Assembly (NCBI GenBank): GCA_028534125.1
Contig: CM052816.1
Coordinates: forward strand, 96,164,001-96,228,000
DNA: 64,000 bases
Origin: Lama glama
Lineage: Eukaryota
Direction of reading: 5' to 3'
Shown here one piece after another: positions 12,151 through 25,727 of this stretch (its first letter is position 1; every line of letters starts with the position of its first letter). Under the pieces are notes generated by a model. It worked only from the letters and a program-made list of their open reading frames with translations, was not told the DNA's origin and did not search any database. Position numbers and translations under genes: made by a program.

Positions 12151-12911
12151 ATAATTCCTCAAAAAAAAATCTTTACCATGGAAGAAATTATCTATCTTTG
12201 CCATTTAAATTATTATTTAAATTCTATTTAGGGAAAACTCCTAGTTACATTCACCTAAAAATAATTACAGTGTACAAAGAAATACTTGGCTGTTAAGATC
12301 TACATATGTATAAAAAGAACTTGGGTGTCTAGTCTGTGAACTGAATAATATTTAGTGTGTTGTATGAAACCTAAAAATAGTCTTTGATACTTTTGCTGAT
12401 TCTGCAACCACCTAACAGATATTTAATTAACTTGGCAAATGTTGGTATTTTTCAGATCATGCTGCTAAGTTAATATAAAAATGAACACCCCTGTTCATTT
12501 CATATGGGGGGTGCACATGTGTTTGTACCTGTGTGCACATTTGCCTGTCTTGGTATGAAATGGAGGTGGATGAGGGAACAGGAAAACGGGTCACTGACCC
12601 GTTAGTTCCTGGTCTTCTGCGCTGCTGGCCTCTCGGGGTGTGTGCTGTCTCTTCCACAGTGTAGGGTGCGTGGAGAACAGAAGCAATGGGCTGAAATTGG
12701 TTGTGAATGTTTTGACAGCAACTGAAAAAGGGGAACGTGTTCAAAAATCAAAGGTTCCAAAGTGAGCACAGGGCCAGGATGCCGGAGGGCTCTGGCCCCA
12801 GACAGGTCTCCAGAGGCTCTCATTTGTCTTATCAAGTATTATTTCCTTCTATGCTGGTTAGCTTTAGTTCCCATATTAGCAGACAGCAGTTTACTGTTTT
12901 TCAGTCTTAAT

Positions 12912-12936
<25 letters not shown>
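12912..12936. repeat. (TG)~12 microsatellite
   Basis: Read directly. Confidence 0.95.
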
Positions 12937-12946
<10 letters not shown>

Positions 12947-13489
12947 AGGAGAATGTTCAAATACAAACATTCGAATAAATGACATATGAAAGCAAAAGAC
13001 TAAGGAATCCCTTACTCCGAGTGGAATGGATTGATGGCCCGTGCGTGGTCCAACCAGCTACGACCAGGAAGCAGACTCAGTAAGACTGTGTCTTTTGGGG
13101 CCGCTCCTTGAAGAGGTGCCTCCCTAGCAGTGAGCATGGTGATTTGAGGAGAAAAACCGCAAATGTCTACTCCATTGCCCAAAGCAGTATGTGAGAATTC
13201 CAACCAGGCTGCAGAGAAGGAGTGCTTACCCTACTTAACATAGTAGACTGGGCGATGGAAAGAAGAATGGGGGCGGGCACCAGCATTTGTGGAGAATAAA
13301 GCTGTCAGTAAAATGGTAGGGAAAACCATTCCCTACAATTTTTTTTGTTGTTGTTAAATCAGCTCTTTAAGCATTGTAAAGATTTGAAAATTCGACCTTA
13401 CATGGATGCAACCATGTGAGGGTAACCTACCAACATGAAACACTGGTGTATTTTCAAATATAGCCTCATGAGAGAGCTCTTTGTAGTCT

Positions 13490-13632
13490 CTTTTTATTTT
13501 TTTATTTTATATATTTCATTGAAGTTCAGTCAGTTACAGTGTGTCAGTTTCTGGTGTACAGCACAGTGTCCCAGTCATGCATATACATACATACATACAT
13601 ACATACATACATACATACATACATACATACAT
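13490..13632 (-). mobile_element. Short L1 3'-end fragment ending in an (ATAC)n microsatellite (~13582-13632)
   Basis: T-rich tail, then ttgaagttcagtcagttacagtgtgtcagtttctggtgtacagc, then (ATAC)~12. Confidence 0.8.
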
Positions 13633-15722
13633 AGAGAGAGAATTTAGCACCTTAATTTAGCACCTGTATTTTGTCAAGGTGGTGGAACAAATCCCTAGTA
13701 TTCTTGGAAGCTTTCTACAGAGAGAAATATCATTAATGTAGTGCTATAGAAGATTCGCCTCAAAGCTCATATCTCCTGTCTCAATTTTCTTGGAAGCATC
13801 CGTTTTGTTTTGATAGTATTTTTTCCACTCCCCACGAAGCAGCCCCCAGCAGAACATGTGGGTCATGATTCATCCACAGGTGAGAAGAGAGCTCTGAGAC
13901 CTCCCTGGGAGAATGCTGTTCACCGCTGCTCCCGGGAGCAGCCCTCCAGGCATCAAAGGGCACCATCACCGTTTGGCAGAGAGGTGGATCAGGCATCTGG
14001 AAACAGCTGTTGTGGAAACTTGCGGGCTGATGTTTAAGTTTGGCTTAGAGAAGAACTGAGCCTGGCTGATTCTGAGTCTCATGATTCATAGCTTTAACTG
14101 GGCGACTATGGCTTGAGTTAAAGGATGTGTTTAATTTGGACATTAATATGCTGAGGGACTAAGTAAGGAGTTCCTTGTTAATCCCGTGCTGCTTTGGGGG
14201 AGGAAGAGCTCTGAGCATTTTTGGCCTTTCAAGCTGACTCCCAGAGGCCGCCGTCTTGGCTGGTTCCCAGCTCAGTGACTGATGCTTGGGATGCCCTCCA
14301 AGATAGTTTGCAGAATCCAGCCCCACAGGATGGAGTTAGGTTAGCTGCATCCTGGAGCACAAGCATTTTGTGGGCAGGGACATTTTCTAACAAGAGATGC
14401 TCAGCATTCTTACTCGAGGGGAAGGCGTCTTAGGCAGTGGATGGGGGGAAAGGAGCCTGTGCAATGGGGTGTAAATGCTTCTAATTAAAGGGAAGGGGCT
14501 TGGGAAGTGCTGGAGGCGTGAGGAATTTAGCACACAACCGCAGATGTTTCCTTCTGCCTTCCTCTACTTTGGAGTTATTATTAGACTAGAGTTATTAGAA
14601 AACGCGAGCTGTCTTGCAGGGCTGGCTGCCCCAGACTGGCAGAGGGTGTCTGCCTGGCGGAGGGGAGAGCCGTCTTCCGGGCTGTCATCACGTTTCCTGA
14701 GGCTTGGCTGTGAGGACTGCTCCTTCCCTCCCGCAGTGCTGGAGCAGAGCTGTAATTGAAGCCACGTGTCCTGTGTTGGCACAAGGAACGCTATTTATTA
14801 AAGCATATCCGTTTTGTACCGGTGGCTCCTTCCAGCCGAAAACCCCAAGAACAAGTAAAAAGGCTGCTCTTCATTTTACATAAAAGCATTCCAGGCTCAC
14901 ACTAGCCCATGATCAGGGAGTCTGTTCCACTTCTGATTTCCTTAAAATTTTACCCTAAGAAAGAGTTCTTGAGTTAAAAAATAAAGGGGAAAAAAATTCC
15001 ATCACTAGTGATTGTCAATAATAATGGGTATATGGTGTCTAATTTGAATCAACTCAATCTGTCATAAAAAAGGAATGAAAGTAATTATATTCTGGTCTTT
15101 CCGTATTCGCAGGCGCAGTGCTAACTCCCATATGGCCGCTTTCTCTACATAATTCATTCAGGATGTGTCTACACTGATACTTTTCAAGCAAGCAAATCTA
15201 GATTTGAGTTTACATTATGAAAATGAAGGTCTTTTGCTTTCCCCTTGTCACTATTAATTTCTTTCCGAATTCTATATTAGCTACTGTTTTATGGTCTCCT
15301 GAAAATGATTGCCTGGCTAGATGTGCGTTACAGTGTGCTTTCATTGGGACTTGGAGTATTCAATCAGGAAAACAGATTTTGATACAGACAAAATCATTAC
15401 ATACATATTTTGTAGTAAAACCATAGATCTATGTGCATTAAGGTGCATTATAATTAATCCCATGCACCCCACGTTCTGTGCTGGATACTTTGACCATGGA
15501 AATGAGGTGAAGTTTGAGCACTCTTTGAGGTTAAGGGGCAGCTGGGGGAACCACTTGGGGGTGGTCCCTGGAAAGAGAGGGATGCCTGAGGTTACATGTG
15601 TTCTTTGTAGCAATGAGCATATCCAGGACAGTAGCTTACAACTTGCCTGTGTTGGATGATTTGGTTAAAGATAAGTTGTCAAGGGCAAGGAGGCAAAGTA
15701 CCTAGTTTTCCCAGCTGAATAG

Positions 15723-16323
15723 TGTGGTAGAGGGAATTCTAAGATGGCTCCCAGCATTCTGCCCTCGGTGGAACTTACCCTATCTAATCCTGTCTTGTTG
15801 AGAGTGGGCAGCACTGTTAATATAATGGGGTTCACGTCCATGATCAGGTTACCTTATATGGTAAAGGGATTTTGCCAATATAATTAACACTAATCAGTTG
15901 AGTATAAGTTAATGAAAAGGGAGATTATTCTAGGTGGACTTGGCCTAACCATGAGCTCCCTTAAAAGGGACTCCAAGGAGCACCAGATGCTCTGCTGTTG
16001 ACCTTGGAGAGGCAAACTCCCTTCTGTGTTGTGGAGAGGACCACATGGCAAAGGGTGATGAGCAGCCCCTGGGAGCAGAGCACTTCAGTCCTATAACCAC
16101 AAGGAACTGAATTTTGCCACAGCTAGTCAGTTTGGAAGAGGATCCTGAGCCTCAGAAGGCATCTCAATCCCAGCTGACACCCTGACTTCAGGCTTTGAGA
16201 TCCTAAGCAGAGCTAATCCATATCTGGACTTCTGACCCACGAGACCCACGAGCTACTAACTGGGTATTCCTTTAAGCCTCTGAGTTTATGACAACTTGTT
16301 AGAAAGCAATAGAAAACCCAATT
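15723..16323 (+). mobile_element. MaLR solo LTR (MLT1E/F-like)
   Basis: Starts tgtggtag..aattctaagatggctccc; carries ggagattattctaggtggact, aaggaactgaattttgcca, and ends agcaatagaaaacc. Confidence 0.85.
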
Positions 16324-16328
16324 AGGAG

Positions 16329-16829
16329 TGCATTAGTTTTCTGTTGCTGCTGTAACAAGTTACCCCATACTTAGTGGCTTAAAACAGTATGAAATTTGTA
16401 TCTCACCCTTCAGGATGTCAGAAATTCAAAATGGGTAAAATCGAGCTATCGGCAGGGCTGTGTTCCTTCTGGGGCTCTCAGGACCTTATCTGTTTCTTTG
16501 CCGCTCCCAGCTTCTGGGTGTTTCTAATGTTCCTGGAGGCCCAGGGCCCTCTTCCGTCTGCAGGGGTAGCGATCTCATCACTCTGGCCTCCGCTTTGTTG
16601 CTCACTCTCTTGTTCTGACTCTGGCCCTCCTGCATCTCTCTCCTTTACTGGCCAGGACTCTTGTGATTACGTTGGACTCACAGGGTAATCCAGGATAATC
16701 TCCTCATTTCAAAGTCAACTGATTAGCAACCTAAGTCCATCTGCAACCCAAATTCCCCCTTTTCCACGTAACTTTGTGTTCTCAGGTTCCAACGATTAGG
16801 GTCTGGACAACTTCATTGTACCTACCACT
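16329..16829 (-). mobile_element. MaLR solo LTR (MLT1D/E-like) with 5-bp TSD AGGAG
   Basis: tgcattagttttctgttgctgctgtaacaa ... gtaatccaggataatctcc ... cctaccac; AGGAG at 16324-16328 and 16830-16834. Confidence 0.85.
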
Positions 16830-17772
16830 AGGAGTTTAGGTTTTGTGCTGTGGAATGGAGAGTCACAGTGTGACATGAAGGGATGTGTATTTTAGACCAT
16901 TCCGACCACGTGGCAGGGAGCCAGTGGGAACCCTGTCTCCATCTGGTCAGGTATGACTGCCCAAAAGTGGGCAAGGCCTCAGGGTACCTATGCACCTGAG
17001 ACTCCACTGTTTCTGGAAATGGATGTAAATTAATTAAGTGGATTTAGCAATAATAAAGGTTGTATAATGTAGATTTTCTTTGATACCCATTTCGCAGGGA
17101 GGGGAAGTGTGACGTTTTGTACGTGTGTGTTCCTTTGGTTGAAAGCTGTGGGAACAGTGCAATTGCTGTGTTTCCAATTATTGCCTCTAGGAGGTCCTGG
17201 TCCCCTTGACTAGCCTTATTGAAAACCCCAGGGGCAAATCCGTGACTCACTGCCAGTGCGTCCACCAGCCTCTCTGCTTGGGTCAGTCCTGGGTTCTTGT
17301 CCTTCCAACCTTAACTGAAGTTCAGGTGAATCTTTGCTTCATTTTTCTATTTTTATTTTCTTCTATTTGTTGAGTCTTTGTAATTTCATTTGTATTCATT
17401 ATTTTTTTTAAGTGTGTTCAACATTAATCTGTTTGCTCCAGAGAATGAACCTTGTTTGACCTGAGTTCTGATGCTGCTCTGGTGGTCAAGTGGGAAGGGA
17501 AGGACACAGGAGCCACCTCTCACTTTCCTGAAGAGGCCCCAGTATTCTCGAGAGGTCAAGTGACCTGACAGATGTCAAACAGCTGCCTTGCCCCTGTCGA
17601 GGACAGTAGAATTTCTTTATCTCTTTAATCAGGTTTCATGGCTCTATTTACCTTACTGTTTAGAAACATTGAATCCAGATGTTTCTCAGTGTCTCTCCAT
17701 AGCTCTGTCAATCAATAAATCAGTAGAAAATCAATAAAACAACATGGTATGGTATTTACCATTCATATAAAC

Positions 17773-17985
17773 TAGGGTTCCTCCACTTTGGGACAGTAGA
17801 CGTTTTGGGAGGGTAACTCTGCTTCTAGGACTGTCCTAGGCTTTTTTCTAGGATGTCTGGCAGCATCCCCAACCTCTACCCGCTGGCGATCGTAGCCTCC
17901 CCCTCCTAGTGTGGCAACCAGAAATGTCTCCAGATAGTGTCACATGTCCCCAAGGCGGCAAATTCATCCAATTGAGACCCCTGAT
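17773..17985 (-). mobile_element. MER20 DNA transposon
   Basis: gacgttttggg ... cagcatcccc..cctctacccgctgg ... caaccagaaatgtctccaga ... ttgagacccctg. Confidence 0.8.
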
Positions 17986-18864
17986 GTACACATATCTGAG
18001 AACAGCAGGGAAGACGTATTTTGACTAGGACCTGTTGGCTGGATTAAATTAGGTGCTTGAATGAGGTGAAGAGTATTTTAATTCCAGTAGAGAAACATGC
18101 TATGCTAGAAGGAAAATGGAAGTTTTATTCTTAAGAAATAAATAGGCCATTATCGAGGTATAGTAATTGTCTTTTGCTATTGTTTTGTTAATTTTACCAA
18201 GTCGACCTGGTAAATGCAGATTTAGAAATCATTAAATATTAGAAATTAAATTTTGATGATAACCCATCTTAATTGAATAATAATAATAAACTTGATTTTT
18301 CTCATTTATTAAAAACAGGACGATAATTGCATGTACCTCATAGGGTTATTGTGAGGCTCATAAGAGTCTTATGAAGTGGCTTTTATTTTGCCTGGAAGCT
18401 CTCGTTTCACATTATGTAATATTATCAACAAGGAATTGGGTTAAGTTAATGAAGAGATTCTTTAAATTATATAAACACAGACACACATCCACATATAATT
18501 ATGTATTTATTTATTTTAAAAGCAACTTCACATTTCCTGGTATCTTCTTCCTAAGCAGAAGTTCCAGATTAAAAAAACAAAACAAAAACAACACAAAAAC
18601 AAAGTTTCATCACCTTGTCCTGGAGAAATAGCCTCTATATCCAACTGGAACAAGTAGAGGATGTTCCGTGGTCGGTCATTGAGGGCCGAGCCGAGAGCTC
18701 TCAGGCCTACCTGAGAAGGTGTTTCTGAGTGACGCTGAGTGTCTGACCAGCCGGGACTTGCCCTCAGTCCTCTCACACCATCTTTTCTGGCCAGAGTCTG
18801 GAGTCACAGTTGTGATTGTTTCAGGTTGACTTATAAAGTCTTACCGTTCACGTTTCTGGTCATC

Positions 18865-19430
18865 TGTTTCTGAGAACTCCCCCTTCCACGCACGTTTGTA
18901 AAGTCACTGTGCTGGGCTTCCGTCGTTCTCCAGGAGGACGCCCAGGACTGCACACACCGCTGTGCTCACAGCTCTGGTTCCTTATGATGGAGGATGAGTC
19001 ATCCAAGTCCGCGGGAGGAAGGACACCTAGGGGATGCCCAGGGGAAACCAGCTCGAACTCCCGAGAGTCCGCTCCCAGGGGAGCCACACGGGAAGGCCTT
19101 CATTCCTCCAGCAACAAATTGTGACAATGCCCGTGAGGCGCTGTCCACCAGGGACGCTCCCTGGACTCAGTACCAGGGTTTGGATGAGGACTGGTCTCAT
19201 AGGCACTTTCTGCCTGGGACCGACGAAAATTCCGGGCTCCTTGAAGGAAAGCAGGTTTGAGCATAAACCTCCTTGTTCCAGAAACAGTTCAAGCACAGTG
19301 AGCCATTCTTCTCGGAGGGCGGTGGGAACCCTCCTGAAATCCGACCTCCCAGAACCCAGCTGAAGGCTGCTTCGCAGGCGGGCCCTTCTGGGGTCACCAT
19401 CTCATGCGTGCTATGCTGACTTCTTTCTGT
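18865..19430 (-). mobile_element. ERVL-type solo LTR (MER68/MER77-like)
   Basis: aaaattccgggctcc..aaggaaagcagg..agcataaacc ... cacagtgagccattctt ... gtgggaaccctcctgaaatcc ... tgctatgctgacttcttt. Confidence 0.75.
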
Positions 19431-21014
19431 GCTGTTATTAGAAGGGGACTGGAGTTCACTGTCCTGTGGAATTTAATTCAATAGCACTGGATCCCTGAGT
19501 CAGAAAAGATGCGTAGAACAATCTCTTATTTTATGTCTATGTAGATGTATTATATTTTAATACCACATAAATAGAACAAGTAGAGGGTGTATATTGAGAA
19601 ATCCTAACATTTTTAGAAACATTAAGATCATCCTTTATCATTCAAAATCTTGCATGCTATATTTTATGCTTTTTTGCTACTGTTACATGAATAATTATAA
19701 GTAAAATGCTTCTGTTTTAATGAAAGTACAAGAGTAGTTTCAGGGATATTACCTCCTTTGAAGTCTGTAGCACTGTTTGCTTTTTTTCTGGTAATTGGGG
19801 CATTTTTTTTTCATATTTCCAGATGAGCAAACTACCTTAGGTTAGACAGTTTGCTCAAGATTGCATAGCTAATAAAAACAGGACGCAAATACTGTCCATG
19901 TATTCCTCTGTGAATTCCACAGCCTTCTCTGGTGTGTTGTTCTGAGTTAGGTAAGTCACACCTCCAACACAGTAGGTTGTTATTAGCATTAATGTTCACT
20001 TCTGTTGCCTCTGTGCCTACCAGAGATGGTATTAAGCTTTCCCACATACCTTATCTACCTGCCTATCTTTTCTCTTCCAGCTGCCACCAAGGTGTCTCTA
20101 ACTGGGGGTAAGGATTCTATTCTAGGCAGTTTGTTGCAGGTGAGGATTTCGGGTGATTCCGTGAGACAACAAATTAGCAGCATGAGGCTCTCAGTATTTC
20201 ACCCAATAGTTTTTCTCTCAGTGCAGTTCCCTCCCCATATGGCTTTAGCTGTGATGATTCCAAGAGATGCATTTTCAGTAGTTCCTTTAGTCTAAAGATC
20301 TGCTCTTACAATCTGGAGGGGAAAAAATGTGCTTTTGCTTAGCCTCTCAGAAGATAATTGTATGATGCAAACGCTGTACTCTTAGTAGCTTATTTATCAT
20401 GAAATTATCGTTATTTCTAAAATTCACTGAAATATACCTACTTCAAAAATAAATTAGTATGTTTAAATCAGAGGTAAATATAATTTATCCCCGAATTATT
20501 AAGCAATTACAAATCAGTTGGTGCTGATGAATTACCTATATGCAAGGTAGCATTTTAAAAATTCATGATGAATTGCAGCAATCTGTTGAAGTGTTGAAGG
20601 TGATTATTTATAAAGTGTGATGTAAATGAAAATTCACCTCAGCGGGTGCAAAGTAAATTCTTTATTAACATCCAATTATCTCATCCCCTCACTTCAATAT
20701 GTCCTACCTTTACATCAGCTCTCACAGCCCAGGGACAATACTATTTATCAAGGCAGAATTTTCAGTTCCGTCATTATGACTTTTTAAATTCCAGATCAGT
20801 GTCATCACATTACCTGCAAATTCTGAACGTTATTGCAAAAAAAAGAGGGTAAGAAATAAGCTTTACATTCCCTTCCCTGAGAGTTCCATGACCCGGTTTT
20901 CTGTTTTCCTCAATGAATGGGTGGTCTTACCATAGTTTGTTCAATCATCCTTCCAGGCTGAATTGCTTACTGTGTGCATCCTCCAAGCACGGAAAATGTT
21001 TTGCAAGTTCTTTC

Positions 21015-22115
21015 TCTAGGTTCTAACCTCACCTGTCTCAGTATTTTTATCAGTGATTTAGACTAGAGTTTAAAGGGTGTGCTAAAAATATGTGTGTAAG
21101 GTCTCATATAAATAAGTTGATTGACAGTTTTAGGGTCCATGGGTGCTTAACAGATGAAATCTACCAAAATAATATTTTCAAAGGCAACTAATAAAGTCTA
21201 CAATGGAAGCTAAACCCACCACCAGTGTTAAAAAATGGAACCAACTGCATGAATCAAGAATGGGAAATAGCATAGGGTTTTCAGAAAACACAAATCAACA
21301 AAATTTACATGGCTCTAAAAAAAGCAATCATGTTTTTCATTAATCGGTGTACAATATTATGACACAGAATGTGATGCTTTAGCATTTTTCTAACAAATCT
21401 GATCATGTCTGAAGTACCATGCATGTTTTTGGAGGCTATACTGTTTATAAAGAACTTTTAAACTTAGACAAAAGTAAAGAGAATCATATTATGAAACTCT
21501 GTGTACTCAGAGGTCAGTCAGTTTAAAAAATTTTCAACATATTTTGCAAATCTCATTTCATCTAGTTCATTATCCACTTCCTTCACACCCACCCCAGCCA
21601 CTGAAGCAAATCTCAGACACGTCGTATCATCTTCCAACATTTTAGTTGAATTCTGTACTTTTGAGTTACAGCCAGTTAGAAAGAAGAGAGAGGAAAACGG
21701 GACTGGAATAACAAGAGGAATCAGATAGCATATTATCTGAGAAATGAGAGGAGGAACTCTGGCCGGGTACACGGGTCTAGAAGACCCAGGAGGATGATTT
21801 AAGGGTCCATAAACAAGGAACAATAATGCGAAAGAAGGTCAAGAATGTATCTTCGTGTCTCCGAGGCGTAGAGCCAGAACTAATGAGTAAAAAGCTATGG
21901 GGTGTAGACGTCAGTTCAGTTTAGGAAAGAACTTCCTACAACCAAGTGGGCCGATGATTCCACGGACTGTCGCAAGAAATTGATGTTTTCCACCAAAGGG
22001 ATTTATCAAGTGGACAGAACAACAGCTTGGCAACGTGACATAGAGGGGCAGGCAGAGAGGATTTAGGTGAGATTTGACGTCACATGGCTCTCTCCAAACC
22101 CAGGAGCCTATGAAG
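21015..22115 (+). mobile_element. Ancient L3/CR1 LINE fragments, interrupted by an old L1 3' fragment (~21445-21650, - strand)
   Basis: ggttct..cctgtc..tttttatcagtgatttag resembles CR1 ORF2 (F.IFINDL). The 3' end aactaatgag..aagct..agacgtcagttcagtttaggaaagaacttcct ... tctctccaaacccaggagcctatga resembles the L3 tail. Confidence 0.6.
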
Positions 22116-22231
22116 AATGGTTGGATTCTCAGCTCAGCCTCTCTATAGTTTTATGAAAGAAGAATCTGATCTTTTCTGAATATGAAAGTCAGATAGGATC
22201 CTCATCCCACTATTTGTAACGCAGACACCTA

Positions 22232-22375
22232 GGGTGGTAGAAAGAGCCTAGAGTTTTGAGCCAAAAACCTAGCAATCCACCTTGAAGAAAGAAGCCACTT
22301 TCCACCTGGGCAAGGCTCAGTGAGATATCTGCCCTCTGAACCTCAGCCTCCTAATTTATAAAATGGGATTTTTAA
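22232..22375 (+). mobile_element. MIR SINE remnant
   Basis: gtggtagaaagagcctagagttttgagcc ... ctctgaacctcagcctcct..tataaaatggg. Confidence 0.65.
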
Positions 22376-23694
22376 AGTATTTTCTGAAAATTCAACAAGG
22401 GGCATAATTTAAGTCTCTCTCCTTTATTCTGTCCTCAGTTAATTTGCTTGATAATTAGTTTTTGAACTTAGTGCTCAGATGTTCAAATCCTCTCAAATGC
22501 TCCCCGTTAATATTGCTTTGATAGAGTCTGATTTGTATTCATTTGTTCAGCAGTCTGAGCTGGGGGTCCAGTGGTGAGTTACACAGGGTCTGCTCAGAGG
22601 GAGGCTAGAGTGTGGCGGACATCCTGGCATGGATCGAAATCTCTTCATGACTCTGGGAGAAGAAGGAGTATTTTGAGTTTAGCCATGCTTGCTTCCTCCC
22701 ATCGAAAGAGAGTAGTCCAATAATTTCATTGCTATAATCTTCCCTCCTTCTTTCTCATGGGGGTGGGAAGAGGTTGCTTTAAAGGTAAAATATTACTTTC
22801 TAGGACTGTCTTAAGGGACTTGATAAAAGTTTCCACTCTAGCCTAAAATTACTTTACATAATAATGGCTCATTCAACCAAGCATTGCATCGTTATATTGA
22901 TAGAGACTTTGCAAATGTGTAAGAGTCTTTTATGGAGACATAGCTCTTTACAGGTTGTCACAAATAATAGGGTATCCCCCAAATCATATGTTTCCGTTCA
23001 TCCTCTTTATTAGTAGTATTTACAATAGATTCTATTTATAAGATGCCTAGAAAGTACAGAAACCCTCTCCTGCTGTGGAATGTGCTCTGGTGAACTCTGA
23101 CATTCCGTGTTATCTGAAACATCAAAACAAAACACAGAGCTGTGGACAAGTGTGTTCTCTCCTTGGAGACCTCAGCCTGTATTCAGACACTTAAAAGCTC
23201 CACGTTCTCCTAAAATGCCCTCAGGGCAGATGGAGAGCCGGAAAATGTGGAGGTCACACAGTGTGGTACTGAGCACTGACATCCTTTGTTCCCCAGCAGG
23301 TTGGGAAATGTGAGATAAGTGGACTTTTTTCTGGTGGTGGGAGCAAATGTGGGAGAGGCTTGGAAGGAGGGGTACTGTGGGGCAAGGAATGTTCAAACTT
23401 AGCAATTCTTTGGTCTTCCTCCGCAAAGCACTGCCCTTCTCCTTCCCGCATTTTTCAGATGCCAGACCTTGGACGTGAAAACACGGTGGGCCAGCGGAGC
23501 GCTTGCCATTCCCACAGACGCGTGCTGGGGAGCAGGCTGGGGCTTGCGGCTCCTGTGTCTGGAGCCCAGACATTCCGTGTGGGTGGCAACCAGTCCTGTG
23601 AAGGCTGGAAGGAAGCTGAGGGGGCAGCTAACTTGAACTTGGTTCAGCCTAACTTGAGAGGTGATGTTGCTTTTAATTGCCTTCCTTTCACCCC

Positions 23695-24157
23695 AGTGGT
23701 GTGGGAGGAGACCCTCTGCCATCGAGGTTGCGGGGGTAGCTGAACCCAGGACACCTGGCACCGGACAGATGAGATGACAGCAGCTTCTTAGTCATGTACA
23801 CTCACAGCGGGGGTAGGGGGACACTGCACGCCACGCAGGGCCACAGCGGGGACAGCATGGACAACCAGGGCCGTGGGAGGCTGGCTTTGTAGTACAGAAG
23901 GGTGGGCGCCCCCTGGTTCCCGCAGGAGGATGTGATGGGCTTGTTTGAATAACTGTGTGGGGTGGGCTGGCAGAGAAATGAAGCCGCTGCCCAGGGATGA
24001 GCAGGAGCAGGGCCTGCTCCCGTGATGGGGAGGGCTGCTGGTTAAGGGACCTTACTCATGGGAGCAGAGTGGGGAAGGGGACTTGCAGTGAGGCCATCGA
24101 GATCCTCCCAGTTTTCCCCAGATATGGAGGCCCCTTCATTTTAAGCCTTACACTACT
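23695..24157 (-). mobile_element. ERVL-type solo LTR (MER54/MER70-like; family uncertain)
   Basis: gaacccaggacacc..accggacagatgaga..acagcag ... ggcttgtttgaataa ... ttttaagccttacacta. Confidence 0.55.
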
Positions 24158-25727
24158 ATGACTGAAGAGGAAAAAAAAAAAAAAGAGAGAGAAAATGCAC
24201 TTCTTTGCAATCCCAATGGATCATTCTTTCACTCAGCTCATATATTAACACTCTTCTACTTGTCTGTCCCTACATATTAAGAGTGTGTGTACATTGCAGT
24301 GAGAATCCCAAGAGCCAGATTAGAAGGAATATTAGATCAAAGACAATATTATTCACCCTTTTGGGGTCCCAATTAAGGATAAATTGCTTAGTAGGTGAAG
24401 ACTAAGGTTGATTCTTGGCCACATGGCACCTTCCCTCAATTCACTTCCCTCCACCCTCGAGGCTGCAAATTTCCAGGACATCACACATTAGATAGCAATG
24501 CAGGTCCTTTGTTAAAGAGCTATTGCCAGTATTGAGAGGAAGGTAGCTTTCTCTGTCCTCAGACAGGGTACACAAAATTGCAAAATAGAGATGGACTTCC
24601 TTTGTTGTGTTCCCATCTTAGTCTCCAGGGTCTGCCTAGGAAACACTGAATGGTACCTACAGGTGAGGTCGGAGGGAGGTTGCAAATGGGAGGAGGTCCC
24701 ACTTCTGACCCACCTGGAATCTCACAGTTGAGAACCATGGGATATATTCTACTCACATCATTCATTTGACATTAGTTTTGAACCGATTTCCTTATCAGGT
24801 GGTTCCCTGGATGTACGGCCATATTCTAATTTCAAGTGCTTTTTCTGGTATGTTATTCTGGGATTTGCTTTGAACATTATTGAGACAAAATATGTTCACT
24901 TGGAGACCAGGTGGTTTAATGCTTTATGACTTCCTCTTCCTCATTGTCACCATCTTTACTTCTAATTTACCCATGTCCCCTCTCTTTCCTGACCTCCTGT
25001 TCCCATCCCCTCTCCCTCCTTCATTGCCCCTTTTTCTTTCTATCGACTTTATTCTCATTCTACAGTCCTTTAACTCTTGACTTATAGAAATGTAATGGGC
25101 AAATGTGAAATGCTCTTAAATAGGAAATAATAGACCTAAATTAAAACTTAAGTGACCTGTTTTGATGATATGTTTTATTCTCCTCCAATCTGACAACATA
25201 ATTCCCCCACACAGACTTAAATTTGAGTTTGTTTTCATCTTTCATTACTGGCTCATTTTTCCTAAAAAGAAACTAGGCACATAGCCACCATTTGAGAGTT
25301 TCCATTCCTAAAATTAGTTTCAAGAGAACAACCAAAGTAGATGTGCATGCTAAATTCACCTCTTATCAATCTCTGCAGGGGAGAGAGGAGGTGAGTGTGT
25401 GTTTGAGAAAAGAGAACTCATCGTGGCACTTGAGGCTATCTCTGCAATGTTTCTACACATTACAAAGCACCCAAATAAAAGAGGGAAAAGCGAGGCTGAG
25501 AGGGACATCCTTTAGAACAGCTCATCTGGTTAAAAACCCACTTGTAATCAATGAGAATAACTTGACTTTTACTGTGTCATCACATGATGAGAAACAAGGA
25601 CAAATCACAAGCATTCAAGACCATGTTCTCTTATATTTTTTGCAAGAAGCTAAAATCAAGTCACAGATAAAGGTTGAATGGCTAGATACACGTGTTCCAG
25701 TGACTTCAGTGAACCTGGGGGACCAAA

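Noticed and set aside
11435..12185. TSD for the 11.4-12.2 kb L1 (attcctcaaaa or catgga matches)
   Set aside because: The left copy appears to be part of the L1 itself and the other match is too degenerate.
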